A stretch of DNA of 64,000 nucleotides. It comes from Eledone cirrhosa. Its lineage: Eukaryota. The notes under the pieces were generated by a model that made no database searches, was not told the DNA's origin, and saw only the letters and a program-made list of their open reading frames with translations. The DNA is taken from positions 426,746,001 to 426,810,000 of the forward strand of contig OZ024740.1 in the NCBI GenBank assembly GCA_964016885.1, in the 5' to 3' direction. The translations under genes were made by a program, and so were the position numbers. The first letter of the stretch is position 1; each line of letters starts with the position of its first letter. Below, piece by piece: positions 42,601 through 57,600 of the stretch.

Positions 42601-45600
42601 GTCGAACTCAGACACCACCTAGAACATTGTACACATATACATACACTTTCACAGACATTGTGCAGCCCCACACAGTCGAACTCAGACACCACATAGAACA
42701 TTGTACACATATACATACACTTTCACAGACATTGTGCAGCCCCACACAGTCGAACTCAGACACCACCTAGAACATTGTACACATATACATACACTTTCAC
42801 AGACATTGTGCAGCCCCACTCAGTCGAACTCAGACACCACATAGAACATTGTACACATATACATACACTTTCACAGACATTGTGCAGCCCCACACAGTCG
42901 AACTCAGACACCACCTAGAACATTGTACACATATACATACACTTTCACAGACATTGTGCAGCCCCACACAGTCGAACTCAGACACCACATAGAACATTGT
43001 ACACATATACATACACTTTCACAGACATTGTGCAGCCCCACACAGTCGAACTCAGACACCACCTAGAACATTGTACACATATACATACACTTTCACAGAC
43101 ATTGTGCAGCCCCACTCAGTCGAACTCAGACACCACATAGAACATTGTACACATATACATACACTTTCACAGACATTGTGCAGCCCCACACAGTCGAACT
43201 CAGACACCACCTAGAACATTGTACACATATACATACACTTTCACAGACATTGTGCAGCCCCACACAGTCGAACTCAGACACCACATAGAACATTGTACAC
43301 ATATACATACACTTTCACAGACATTGTGCAGCCCCACACAGTCGAAATCAGACACCACATAGAACATTGTACACATATACATACACTTTCACAGACATTG
43401 TGCAGCCCCACACAGTCGAACTCAGACACCACCTAGATCATTGTACACATATACATACACTTTCACAGACATTGTGCAGCCCCACACAGTAGAGCTCAGA
43501 CACCACATAGAACATTGTACACATATACATACACTTTCACAGACATTGTGCAGCCCCACACAGTAGAGCTCAGACACCACATAGAACATTGTACACATAT
43601 ACATACACTTTCACAGACATTGTGCAGCCCCACACAGTAGAGCTCAGACACCACATAGAACATTGTACACATATACATACACTTTCACAGACATTGTGCA
43701 GCCCCACACAGTAGAGCTCAGACACCACATAGAACATTGTACACATATACATACACTTTCACAGACATTGTGCAGCCCCACACAGTAGAGCTCAGACACC
43801 ACATAGAACATTGTACACATATACATACACTTTCACAGACATTGTGCAGCCCCACACAGTAGAGCTCAGACACCACATAGAACATTGTACACATATACAT
43901 ACACTTTCACAGACATTGTGCAGCCCCACACAGTAGAGCTCAGACACCACATAGAACATTGTACACATATACATACACTTTCACAGACATTGTGCAGCCC
44001 CACACAGTAGAGCTGACACCACATAGAACATTGTACACATATACATACACTTTCACAGACATTGTGCAGCCCCACACAGTAGAGCTCAGACACCACATAG
44101 AACATTGTACACATATACATACACTTTCACAGACATTGTGCAGCCCCACACAGTAGAGCTCAGACACCACATAGAACATTGTACACATATACATACACTT
44201 TCACAGACATTGTGCAGCCCCACACAGTAGAGCTCAGACACCACATAGAACATTGTACACATATACATACACTTTCACAGACATTGTGCAGCCCCACACA
44301 GTAGAGCTCAGACACCACATAGAACATTGTACACATATACATACACTTTCACAGACATTGTGCAGCCCCACACAGTAGAGCTCAGACACCACATAGAACA
44401 TTGTACACATATACATACACTTTCACAGACATTGTGCAGCCCCACACAGTAGAGCTCAGACACCACATAGAACATTGTACACATATACATACACTTTCAC
44501 AGACATTGTGCAGCCCCACACAGTAGAGCTCAGACACCACATAGAACATTGTACACATATACATACACTTTCACAGACATTGTGCAGCCCCACACAGTAG
44601 AGCTCAGACACCACATAGAACATTGTACACATATACATACACTTTCACAGACATTGTGCAGCCCCACACAGTCGAACTCAGGCACCACATAGAACATTGT
44701 ACACATATACATACACTTTCACAGACATTGTGCAGCCCCACACAGTCGAACTCAGACACCACCTAGAACATTGGACACATATACATACACTTTCACAGAC
44801 ATTGTGCAGCCCCACACAGTCGAACTCAGACACCACATAGAACATTGTACACATATACATACACTTTCACAGACATTGTGCAGCCCCACACAGTCGAACT
44901 CAGACACCACATAGAACATTGTACACATATACATACACTTTCACAGACATTGTGCAGCCCCACACAGTCCATCTCAGACACCACATAGAACATTGGACAC
45001 ATATACATACACTTTCACAGACATTGTGCAGCCCCACACAGTCGAACTCAGACACCACATAGAACATTGTACACATATACATACACTTTCACAGACATTG
45101 TGCAGCCCCACACAGTCGAACTCAGACACCACATAGAACATTGTACACATATACATACACTTTCACAGACATTGTGCAGCCCCACACAGTAGAGCTCAGA
45201 CACCACATAGAACATTGTACACATATACATACACTTTCACAGACATTGTGCAGCCCCACACAGTAGAGCTCAGACACCACATAGAACATTGTACACATAT
45301 ACATACACTTTCACAGACATTGTGCAGCCCCACACAGTCGAACTCAGACACCACATAGAACATTGTACACATATACATACACTTTCACAGACATTGTGCA
45401 GCCCCACACAGTCGAACTCAGACACCACATAGAACATTGTACACATATACATACACTTTCACAGACATTGTGCAGCCCCACACAGTCGAACTCACACACC
45501 ACATAGAACATTGTACACATATACATACACTTTCACAGACATTGTGCAGCCCCACACAGTCGAACTCAGACACCACATAGAACATTGTACACATATACAT

Positions 45601-48600
45601 ACACTTTCACAGACATTGTGCAGCCCCACACAGTCGAACTCAGACACCACCTAGAACATTGTACACATATACATACACTTTCACAGACATTGTGCAGCCC
45701 CACACAGTCGAACTCAGACACCACATAGAACATTGTACACATATACATACACTTTCACAGACATTGTGCAGCCCCACACAGTCGAACTCAGACACCACCT
45801 AGAACATTGTACACATATACATACACCTTCACAGACATTGTGCAGCCCCACACAGTCGAACTCAGACACCACCTAGAACATTGTACACATATACATACAC
45901 TTTCACAGACATTGTGCAGCCCCACACAGTCGAACTCAGACACCACCTAGAACATTGTACACATATACATACACTTTCACAGACATTGTGCAGCCCCACA
46001 CAGTCGAACTCAGACACCACATAGAACATTGTACACATATACATACACTTTCACAGACATTGTGCAGCCCCACACAGTCGAACTCAGACACCACATAGAA
46101 CATTGTACACATATACATACACTTTCACAGACATTGTGCAGCCCCACTCAGTCGAACTCAGACACCACATAGAACATTGTACACATATACATACACTTTC
46201 ACAGACATCGTGCAGCCCCACACAGTCGAACTCAGACACCACATAGAACATTGTACACATATACATACACTTTCACAGACATTGTGCAGCCCCACTCAGT
46301 CGAACTCAGACACCACATAGAACATTGTACACATATACATACACTTTCACAGACATTGTGCAGCCCCACACAGTCGAACTCAGACACCACATAGAACATT
46401 GTACACATATACATACACTTTCACAGACATTGTGCAGCCCCACTCAGTCGAACTCAGACACCACATAGAACATTGTACACATATACATACACTTTCACAG
46501 ACATTGTGCAGCCCCACACAGTCGAACTCAGACACCACATAGAACATTGTACACATATACATACACTTTCACAGACATTGTGCAGCCCCACTCAGTCGAA
46601 CTCAGACACCACATAGAACATTGTACACATATACATACACTTTCACAGACATTGTGCAGCCCCACACAGTCGAACTCAGACACCACATAGAACATTGTAC
46701 ACATATACATACACTTTCACAGACATTGTGCAGCCCCACTCAGTCGAACTCAGACACCACATAGAACATTGTACACATATACATACACTTTCACAGACAT
46801 TGTGCAGCCCCACACAGTCGAGCTCAGACACCACATAGAACATTGTACACATGTACATACACTTTCACAGACATTGTGCAGCCCCACACAGTCGAACTCA
46901 GACACCACATAGAACATTGTACACATATACATACACTTTCACAGACATTGTGCAGCCCCACACAGTCGAACTCAGACACCACATAGAACATTGGACACAT
47001 ATACATACACTTTCACAGACATTGTGCAGCCCCACTCAGTCGAACTCAGACACCACATAGAACATTGTACACATATACATACACTTTCACAGACATTGTG
47101 CAGCCCCACTCAGTCGAACTCAGACACCACATAGAACATTGTACACATATACATACACTTTCACAGACATTGTGCAGCCCCACTCAGTCGAACTCAGACA
47201 CCACATAGAACATTGTACACATATACATACACTTTCACAGACATTGTGCAGCCCCACACAGTCGAACTCAGACACCACCTAGAACATTGTACACATATAC
47301 ATACACTTTCACAGACATTGTGCAGCCCCACTCAGTCGAACTCAGACACCACATAGAACATTGTACACATATACATACACTTTCACAGACATTGTGCAGC
47401 CCCACTCAGTCGAACTCAGACACCACATAGAACATTGTACACATATACATACACTTTCACAGACATTGTGCAGCCCCACTCAGTCGAACTCAGACACCAC
47501 CTAGAACATTGTACACATATACATACACTTTCACAGACATTGTGCAGCCCCACACAGTCGAGCTCAGACACCACATAGAACATTGTACACATGTACATAC
47601 ACTTTCACAGACATTGTGCAGCCCCACACAGTCGCACTCAGACACCACATAGAACATTGTACACATATACATACACTTTCACAGACATTGTGCAGCCCCA
47701 CACAGTCGAACTCAGACACCACATAGAACATTGGACACATATACATACACTTTCACAGACATTGTGCAGCCCCACACAGTCGAAATCAGACACCACATAG
47801 AACATTGGACACATATACATACACTTTCACAGACATTGTGCAGCCCCACACAGTCGAAATCAGACACCACATAGAACATTGTACACATATACATACTTTC
47901 AAAGACATTGTGCAGCCCCACACAGTCGAACTCAGACACCACATAGAACATTGTACACATATACATACACTTTCACAGACATTGTGCAGCCCCACACAGT
48001 CGAACTCAGACACCACATAGAACATTGTACACATATACATACACTTTCACAGACATTGTGCAGCCCCACACAGTCCATCTCAGACACCACATAGAACATT
48101 GTACACATATACATACACTTTCACAGACATTGTGCAGCCCCACACAGTCGAACTCAGACACCACGTAGAACATTGTACACATATACATACACTTTCACAG
48201 ACATTGTGCAGCCCCACACAGTCGAACTCAGACACCACATAGAACATTGTACACATATACATACACTTTCACAGACATTGTGCAGCCCCACACAGTCGAA
48301 CTCAGACACCACATAGAACATTGTACACATATACATACACTTTCACAGACATTGTGCAGCCCCACACAGTAGAGCTCAGACACCACATAGAACATTGTAC
48401 ACATATACATACATTTTCACAGACATTGTGCAGCCCCACTCAGTCGAACTCAGACACCACATAGAACATTGTACACATATACATACACTTTCACAGACAT
48501 TGTGCAGCCCCACACAGTCGAACTCAGACACCACCTAGAACATTGTACACATATACATACACTTTCACAGACATTGTGCAGCCCCACACAGTCGAACTCA

Positions 48601-51600
48601 GACACCACATAGAACATTGTACACATATACATACACTTTCACAGACATTGTGCAGCCCCACACAGTCGAACTCAGACACCACCTAGAACATTGTACACAT
48701 ATACATACACTTTCACAGACATTGTGCAGCCCCACACAGTCGAACTCAGACACCACATAGAACATTGTACACATATACATACACTTTCACAGACATTGTG
48801 CAGCCCCACACAGTCGAACTCAGACACCACCTAGAACATTGTACACATATACATACACTTTCACAGACATTGTGCAGCCCCACACAGTCGAACTCAGACA
48901 CCACATAGAACATTGTACACATATACATACACTTTCACAGACATTGTGCAGCCCCACACAGTCGAACTCAGACACCACCTAGAACATTGTACACATATAC
49001 ATACACTTTCACAGACATTGTGCAGCCCCACACAGTAGAGCTCAGACACCACATAGAACATTGTACACATATACATACACTTTCACAGACATTGTGCAGC
49101 CCCACACAGTCGAAGCTCAGACACCACATAGAACATTGTACACATATACATACACTTTCACAGACATTGTGCAGCCCCACACAGTAGAGCTCAGACACCA
49201 CATAGAACATTGTACACATATACATACACTTTCACAGACATTGTGCAGCCCCCACACAGTAGGCTCAGACACCACATAGAACATTGTACACATATACATA
49301 CACTTTCACAGACATTGTGCAGCCCCACACAGTAGAGCTCAGACACCACATAGAACATTGTACACATATACATACACTTTCACAGACATTGTGCAGCCCC
49401 ACACAGTCGAACTCAGACACCACATAGAACATTGTACACATATACATACACTTTCACAGACATTGTGCAGCCCCACACAGTCGAAATCAGACACCACATA
49501 GAACATTGTACACATATACATACACTTTCACAGACATTGTGCAGCCCCACACAGTCGAACTCAGACACCACATAGAACATTGTACACATATACATACACT
49601 TTCACAGACATTGTGCAGCCCCACACAGTCGAACTCAGACACCACATAGAACATTGTACACATATACATACACTTTCACAGACATTGTGCAGCCCCACAC
49701 AGTCGAACTCAGACACCACATAGAACATTGTACACATATACATACACTTTCACAGACATTGTGCAGCCCCACACAGTCGAAATCAGACACCACATAGAAC
49801 ATTGGACACATATACATACACTTTCACAGACATTGTGCAGCCCCACACAGTCGAACTCAGACACCACATAGAACATTGTACACATATACATACACTTTCA
49901 CAGACATTGTGCAGCCCCACACAGTCGAACTCAGACACCACATAGAACATTGTACACATATACATACACTTTCACAGACATTGTGCAGCCCCACACAGTC
50001 GAACTCAGACACCACATAGAACATTGGACACATATACATACACTTTCACAGACATTGTGCAGCCCCACACAGTCGCACTCAGACACCACATAGAACATTG
50101 TACACATATACATACACTTTCACAGACATTGTGCAGCCCCACACAGTCGAACTCAGACACCACATAGAACATTGTACACATATACATACACTTTCACAGA
50201 CATTGTGCAGCCCCACACAGTCGAACTCAGACACCACATAGAACATTGTACACATATACATACACTTTCACAGACATTGTGCAGCCCCACACAGTCGAAC
50301 TCAGACACCACATAGAACATTGGACACATATACATACACTTTCACAGACATTGTGCAGCCCCACACAGTCGCACTCAGACACCACATAGAACATTGTACA
50401 CATATACATACACTTTCACAGACATTGTGCAGCCCCACACAGTCGAACTCAGACACCACATAGAACATTGTACACATATACATACACTTTCACAGACATT
50501 GTGCAGCCCCACACAGTCGAACTCAGACACCACATAGAACATTGTACACATATACATACACTTTCACAGACATTGTGCAGCCCCACACAGTCGCACTCAG
50601 ACACCACATAGAACATTGTACACATATACATACACTTTCACAGACATTGTGCAGCCCCACACAGTCGCACTCAGACACCACATAGAACATTGTACACATA
50701 TACATACACTTTCACAGACATTGTGCAGCCCCACACAGTCGAACTCAGACACCACATAGAACATTGGACACATATACATACACTTTCACAGACATTGTGC
50801 AGCCCCACACAGTCGAACTCAGACACCACATAGAACATTGTACACATATACATACACTTTCACAGACATTGTGCAGCCCCACACAGTCGAACTCAGACAC
50901 CACATAGAACATTGTACACATATACATACACTTTCACAGACATTGTGCAGCCCCACACAGTCGAACTCAGACACCACATAGAACATTGTACACATATACA
51001 TACACTTTCACAGACATTGTGCAGCCCCACACAGTCGAACTCAGACACCACATAGAACATTGTACACATATACATACACTTTCACAGACATTGTGCAGCC
51101 CCACACAGTCGAACTCAGACACCACATAGAACATTGTACACATATACATACACTTTCACAGACATTGTGCAGCCCCACACAGTCGAACTCAGACACCACA
51201 TAGAACATTGTACACATATACATACACTTTCACAGACATTGTGCAGCCCCACACAGTCGAACTCAGACACCACATAGAACATTGTACACATATACAAACA
51301 CTTTCACAGACATTGTGCAGCCCCACACAGTCGAACTCAGACACCACATAGAACATTGTACACATATACATACACTTTCACAGACATTGTGCAGCCCCAC
51401 ACAGTCGAACTCAGACACCACATAGAACATTGTACACATATACATACACTTTCACAGACATTGTGCAGCCCCACACAGTCGAACTCAGACACCACATAGA
51501 ACATTGTACACATATACATACACTTTCACAGACATTGTGCAGCCCCACACAGTCGAACTCAGACACCACATAGAACATTGTACACATATACATACACTTT

Positions 51601-54600
51601 CACAGACATTGTGCAGCCCCACACAGTCGAACTCAGACACCACATAGAACATTGTACACATATACATACACTTTCACAGACATTGTGCAGCCCCACACAG
51701 TAGAGCTCAGACACCACATAGAACATTGTACACATATACAAACACTTTCACAGACATTGTGCAGCCCCACACAGTCGAAATCAGACACCACATAGAACAT
51801 TGTACACATATACATACACTTTCACAGACATTGTGCAGCCCCACACAGTCGAACTCAGACACCACATAGAACATTGTACACATATACATACACTTTCACA
51901 GACATTGTGCAGCCCCACACAGTCGAACTCAGACACCACATAGAACATTGTACACATATACATACACTTTCACAGACATTGTGCAGCCCCACACAGTCGA
52001 ACTCAGACACCACATAGAACATTGGACACATATACATACACTTTCACAGACATTGTGCAGCCCCACACAGTCGAACTCAGACACCACATAGAACATTGTA
52101 CACATATACATACACTTTCACAGACATTGTGCAGCCCCACACAGTCGAACTCAGACACCACATAGAACATTGTACACATATACATACACTTTCACAGACA
52201 TTGTGCAGCCCCACACAGTCGAACTCAGACACCACATAGAACATTGTACACATATACATACACTTTCACAGACATTGTGCAGCCCCACACAGTCGAAATC
52301 AGACACCACATAGAACATTGGACACATATACATACACTTTCACAGACATTGTGCAGCCCCACACAGTCGAACTCAGACACCACATAGAACATTGTACACA
52401 TATACATACACTTTCACAGACATTGTGCAGCCCCACACAGTCGAACTCAGACACCACATAGAACATTGTACACATATACATACACTTTCACAGACATTGT
52501 GCAGCCCCACACAGTCGCACTCAGACACCACATAGAACATTGTACACATATACATACACTTTCACAGACATTGTGCAGCCCCACACAGTCGAACTCAGAC
52601 ACCACATAGAACATTGGACACATATACATACACTTTCACAGACATTGTGCAGCCCCACACAGTCGCACTCAGACACCACATAGAACATTGTACACATATA
52701 CATACACTTTCACAGACATTGTGCAGCCCCACACAGTCGAACTCAGACACCACATAGAACATTGTACACATATACATACACTTTCACAGACATTGTGCAG
52801 CCCCACACAGTCGCACTCAGACACCACATAGAACATTGTACACATATACATACACTTTCACAGACATTGTGCAGCCCCACACAGTCGCACTCAGACACCA
52901 CATAGAACATTGTACACATATACATACACTTTCACAGACATTGTGCAGCCCCACACAGTCGAACTCAGACACCACATAGAACATTGGACACATATACATA
53001 CACTTTCACAGACATTGTGCAGCCCCACACAGTCGAACTCAGACACCACATAGAACATTGTACACATATACATACACTTTCACAGACATTGTGCAGCCCA
53101 CACAGTCGAACTCAGACACCACATAGAACATTGTAGACATATACATACACTTTCACAGACATTGTGCAGCCCCACACAGTCGAACTCAGACACCACATAG
53201 AACATTGTACACATATACATACACTTTCACAGACATTGTGCAGCCCCACACAGTCGAACTCAGACACCACATAGAACATTGTACACATATACATACACTT
53301 TCACAGACATTGTGCAGCCCCACACAGTCGAACTCAGACACCACATAGAACATTGTACACATATACATACACTTTCACAGACATTGTGCAGCCCCACACA
53401 GTCGAAATCAGACACCACATAGAACATTGGACACATATACATACACTTTCACAGACATTGTGCAGCCCCACACAGTCGAACTCAGACACCACATAGAACA
53501 TTGTACACATATACAAACACTTTCACAGACATTGTGCAGCCCCACACAGTCGAACTCAGACACCACATAGAACATTGTACACATATACATACACTTTCAC
53601 AGACATTGTGCAGCCCCACACAGTCGAACTCAGACACCACATAGAACATTGTACACATATACATACACTTTCACAGACATTGTGCAGCCCCACACAGTCG
53701 AACTCAGACACCACATAGAACATTGTACACATATACATACACTTTCACAGACATTGTGCAGCCCCACACAGTCGAACTCAGACACCACATAGAACATTGT
53801 ACACATATACATACACTTTCACAGACATTGTGCAGCCCCCACACAGTCGAACTCAGACACCACATAGAACATTGTACACATATACATACACTTTCACAGA
53901 CATTGTGCAGCCCCACACAGTAGAGCTCAGACACCACATAGAACATTGTACACATATACAAACACTTTCACAGACATTGTGCAGCCCCACACAGTCGAAA
54001 TCAGACACCACATAGAACATTGTACACATATACATACACTTTCACAGACATTGTGCAGCCCCACTCAGTCGAACTCAGACACCACATAGAACATTGTACA
54101 CATATACATACACTTTCACAGACATTGTGCAGCCCCACACAGTCGCACTCAGACACCACATAGAACATTGTACACATATACATACACTTTCACAGACATT
54201 GTGCAGCCCCACTCAGTCGAACTCAGACACCACATAGAACATTGGACACATATACATACACTTTCACAGACATTGTGCAGCCCCACACAGTCGCACTCAG
54301 ACACCACATAGAACATTGTACACATATACATACACTTTCACAGACATTGTGCAGCCCCACACAGTCGAACTCAGACACCACATAGAACATTGTACACATA
54401 TACATACACTTTCACAGACATTGTGCAGCCCCACACAGTCCAACTCAGACACCACATAGAACATTGTACACATATACATACACTTTCACAGACATTGTGC
54501 AGCCCCACACAGTCGAACTCAGACACCACATAGAACATTGTACACATATACATACACTTTCACAGACATTGTGCAGCCCCACACAGTCGAACTCAGACAC

Positions 54601-57600
54601 CACATAGAACATTGTACACATATACATACACTTTCACAGACATTGTGCAGCCCCACACAGTCCGAACTCAGACACCACATAGAACATTGTACACATATAC
54701 ATACACTTTCACAGACATTGTGCAGCCCCACACAGTCGAACTCAGACACCACATAGAACATTGTACACATATACATACACTTTCACAGACATTGTGCAGC
54801 CCCACACAGTCGAACTCAGACACCACATAGAACATTGTACACATATACATACACTTTCACAGACATTGTGCAGCCCCACACAGTCCGAACTCAGACACCA
54901 CATAGAACATTGTACACATATACATACACTTTCACAGACATTGTGCAGCCCCACACAGTCCGAACTCAGACACCACCTAGAACATTGTACACATATACAT
55001 ACACTTTCACAGACATTGTGCAGCCCCACACAGTCGAACTCAGACACCACATAGAACATTGTACACATATACATACACTTTCACAGACATTGTGCAGCCC
55101 CACACAGTCGAACTCAGACACCACATAGAACATTGTACACATATACATACACTTTCACAGACATTGTGCAGCCCCACACAGTCGAACTCAGACACCACCT
55201 AGAACATTGTACACATATACATACACTTTCACAGACATTGTGCAGCCCCACACAGTCGAACTCAGACACCACCTAGAACATTGTACACATATACATACAC
55301 TTTCACAGACATTGTGCAGCCCCACACAGTCGAACTCAGACACCACATAGAACATTGTACACATATACATACACTTTCACAGACATTGTGCAGCCCCACA
55401 CAGTCGAACTCAGACACCACATAGAACATTGTACACATATACATACACTTTCACAGACATTGTGCAGCCCCACACAGTCGAACTCAGACACCACATAGAA
55501 CATTGTACACATATACATACACTTTCACAGACATTGTGCAGCCCCACACAGTCGAACTCAGACACCACATAGAACATTGTACACATATACATACACTTTC
55601 ACAGACATTGTGCAGCCCCACACAGTCGAACTCAGACACCACATAGAACATTGTACACATATACATACACTTTCACAGACATTGTGCAGCCCCACACAGT
55701 CCGAACTCAGACACCACATAGAACATTGTACACATATACATACACTTTCACAGACATTGTGCAGCCCCACACAGTCCAACTCAGACACCACATAGAACAT
55801 TGTACACATATACATACACTTTCACAGACATTGTGCAGCCCCACACAGTCCGAACTCAGACACCACATAGAACATTGTACACATATACATACACTTTCAC
55901 AGACATTGTGCAGCCCCACACAGTCGAACTCAGACACCACATAGAACATTGTACACATATACATACACTTTCACAGACATTGTGCAGCCCCACACAGTCG
56001 AACTCAGACACCACATAGAACATTGTACACATATACATACACTTTCACAGACATTGTGCAGCCCCACACAGTCGAACTCAGACACCACATAGAACATTGT
56101 ACACATATACATACACTTTCACAGACATTGTGCAGCCCCACACAGTCGAACTCAGACACCACATAGAACATTGTACACATATACATACACTTTCACAGAC
56201 ATTGTGCAGCCCCACACAGTCGAACTCAGACACCACATAGAACATTGTACACATATACATACACTTTCACAGACATTGTGCAGCCCCACACAGTCCAACT
56301 CAGACACCACATAGAACATTGTACACATATACATACACTTTCACAGACATTGTGCAGCCCCACACAGTCCGAACTCAGACACCACATAGAACATTGTACA
56401 CATATACATACACTTTCACAGACATTGTGCAGCCCCACACAGTCGAACTCAGACACCACATAGAACATTGTACACATATACATACACTTTCACAGACATT
56501 GTGCAGCCCCACACAGTCCAACTCAGACACCACATAGAACATTGTACACATATACATACACTTTCACAGACATTGTGCAGCCCCACACAGTCCGAACTCA
56601 GACACCACATAGAACATTGTACACATATACATACACTTTCACAGACATTGTGCAGCCCCACACAGTCGAACTCAGACACCACATAGAACATTGTACACAT
56701 ATACATACACTTTCACAGACATTGTGCAGCCCCACACAGTCGAACTCAGACACCACCTAGAACATTGTACACATATACATACACTTTCACAGACATTGTG
56801 CAGCCCCACACAGTCGAACTCAGACACCACATAGAACATTGTACACATATACATACACTTTCACAGACATTGTGCAGCCCCACACAGTCGAACTCAGACA
56901 CCACATAGAACATTGTACACATATACATACACTTTCACAGACATTGTGCAGCCCCACACAGTCCAACTCAGACACCACATAGAACATTGTACACATATAC
57001 ATACACTTTCACAGACATTGTGCAGCCCCACACAGTCGAACTCAGACACCACCTAGAACATTGTACACATATACATACACTTTCACAGACATTGTGCAGC
57101 CCCACACAGTCGAACTCAGACACCACATAGAACATTGTACACATATACATACACTTTCACAGACATTGTGCAGCCCCACACAGTCGAACTCAGACACCAC
57201 ATAGAACATTGTACACATATACATACACTTTCACAGACATTGTGCAGCCCCACACAGTCGAACTCAGACACCACCTAGAACATTGTACACATATACATAC
57301 ACTTTCACAGACATTGTGCAGCCCCACACAGTCGAACTCAGACACCACCTAGAACATTGTACACATATACATACACTTTCACAGACATTGTGCAGCCCCA
57401 CACAGTCGCACTCAGACACCACATAGAACATTGTACACATATACATACACTTTCACAGACATTGTGCAGCCCCACACAGTCGAACTCAGACACCACATAG
57501 AACATTGTACACATATACATACACTTTCACAGACATTGTGCAGCCCCACACAGTCGAACTCAGACACCACCTAGAACATTGTACACATATACATACACTT

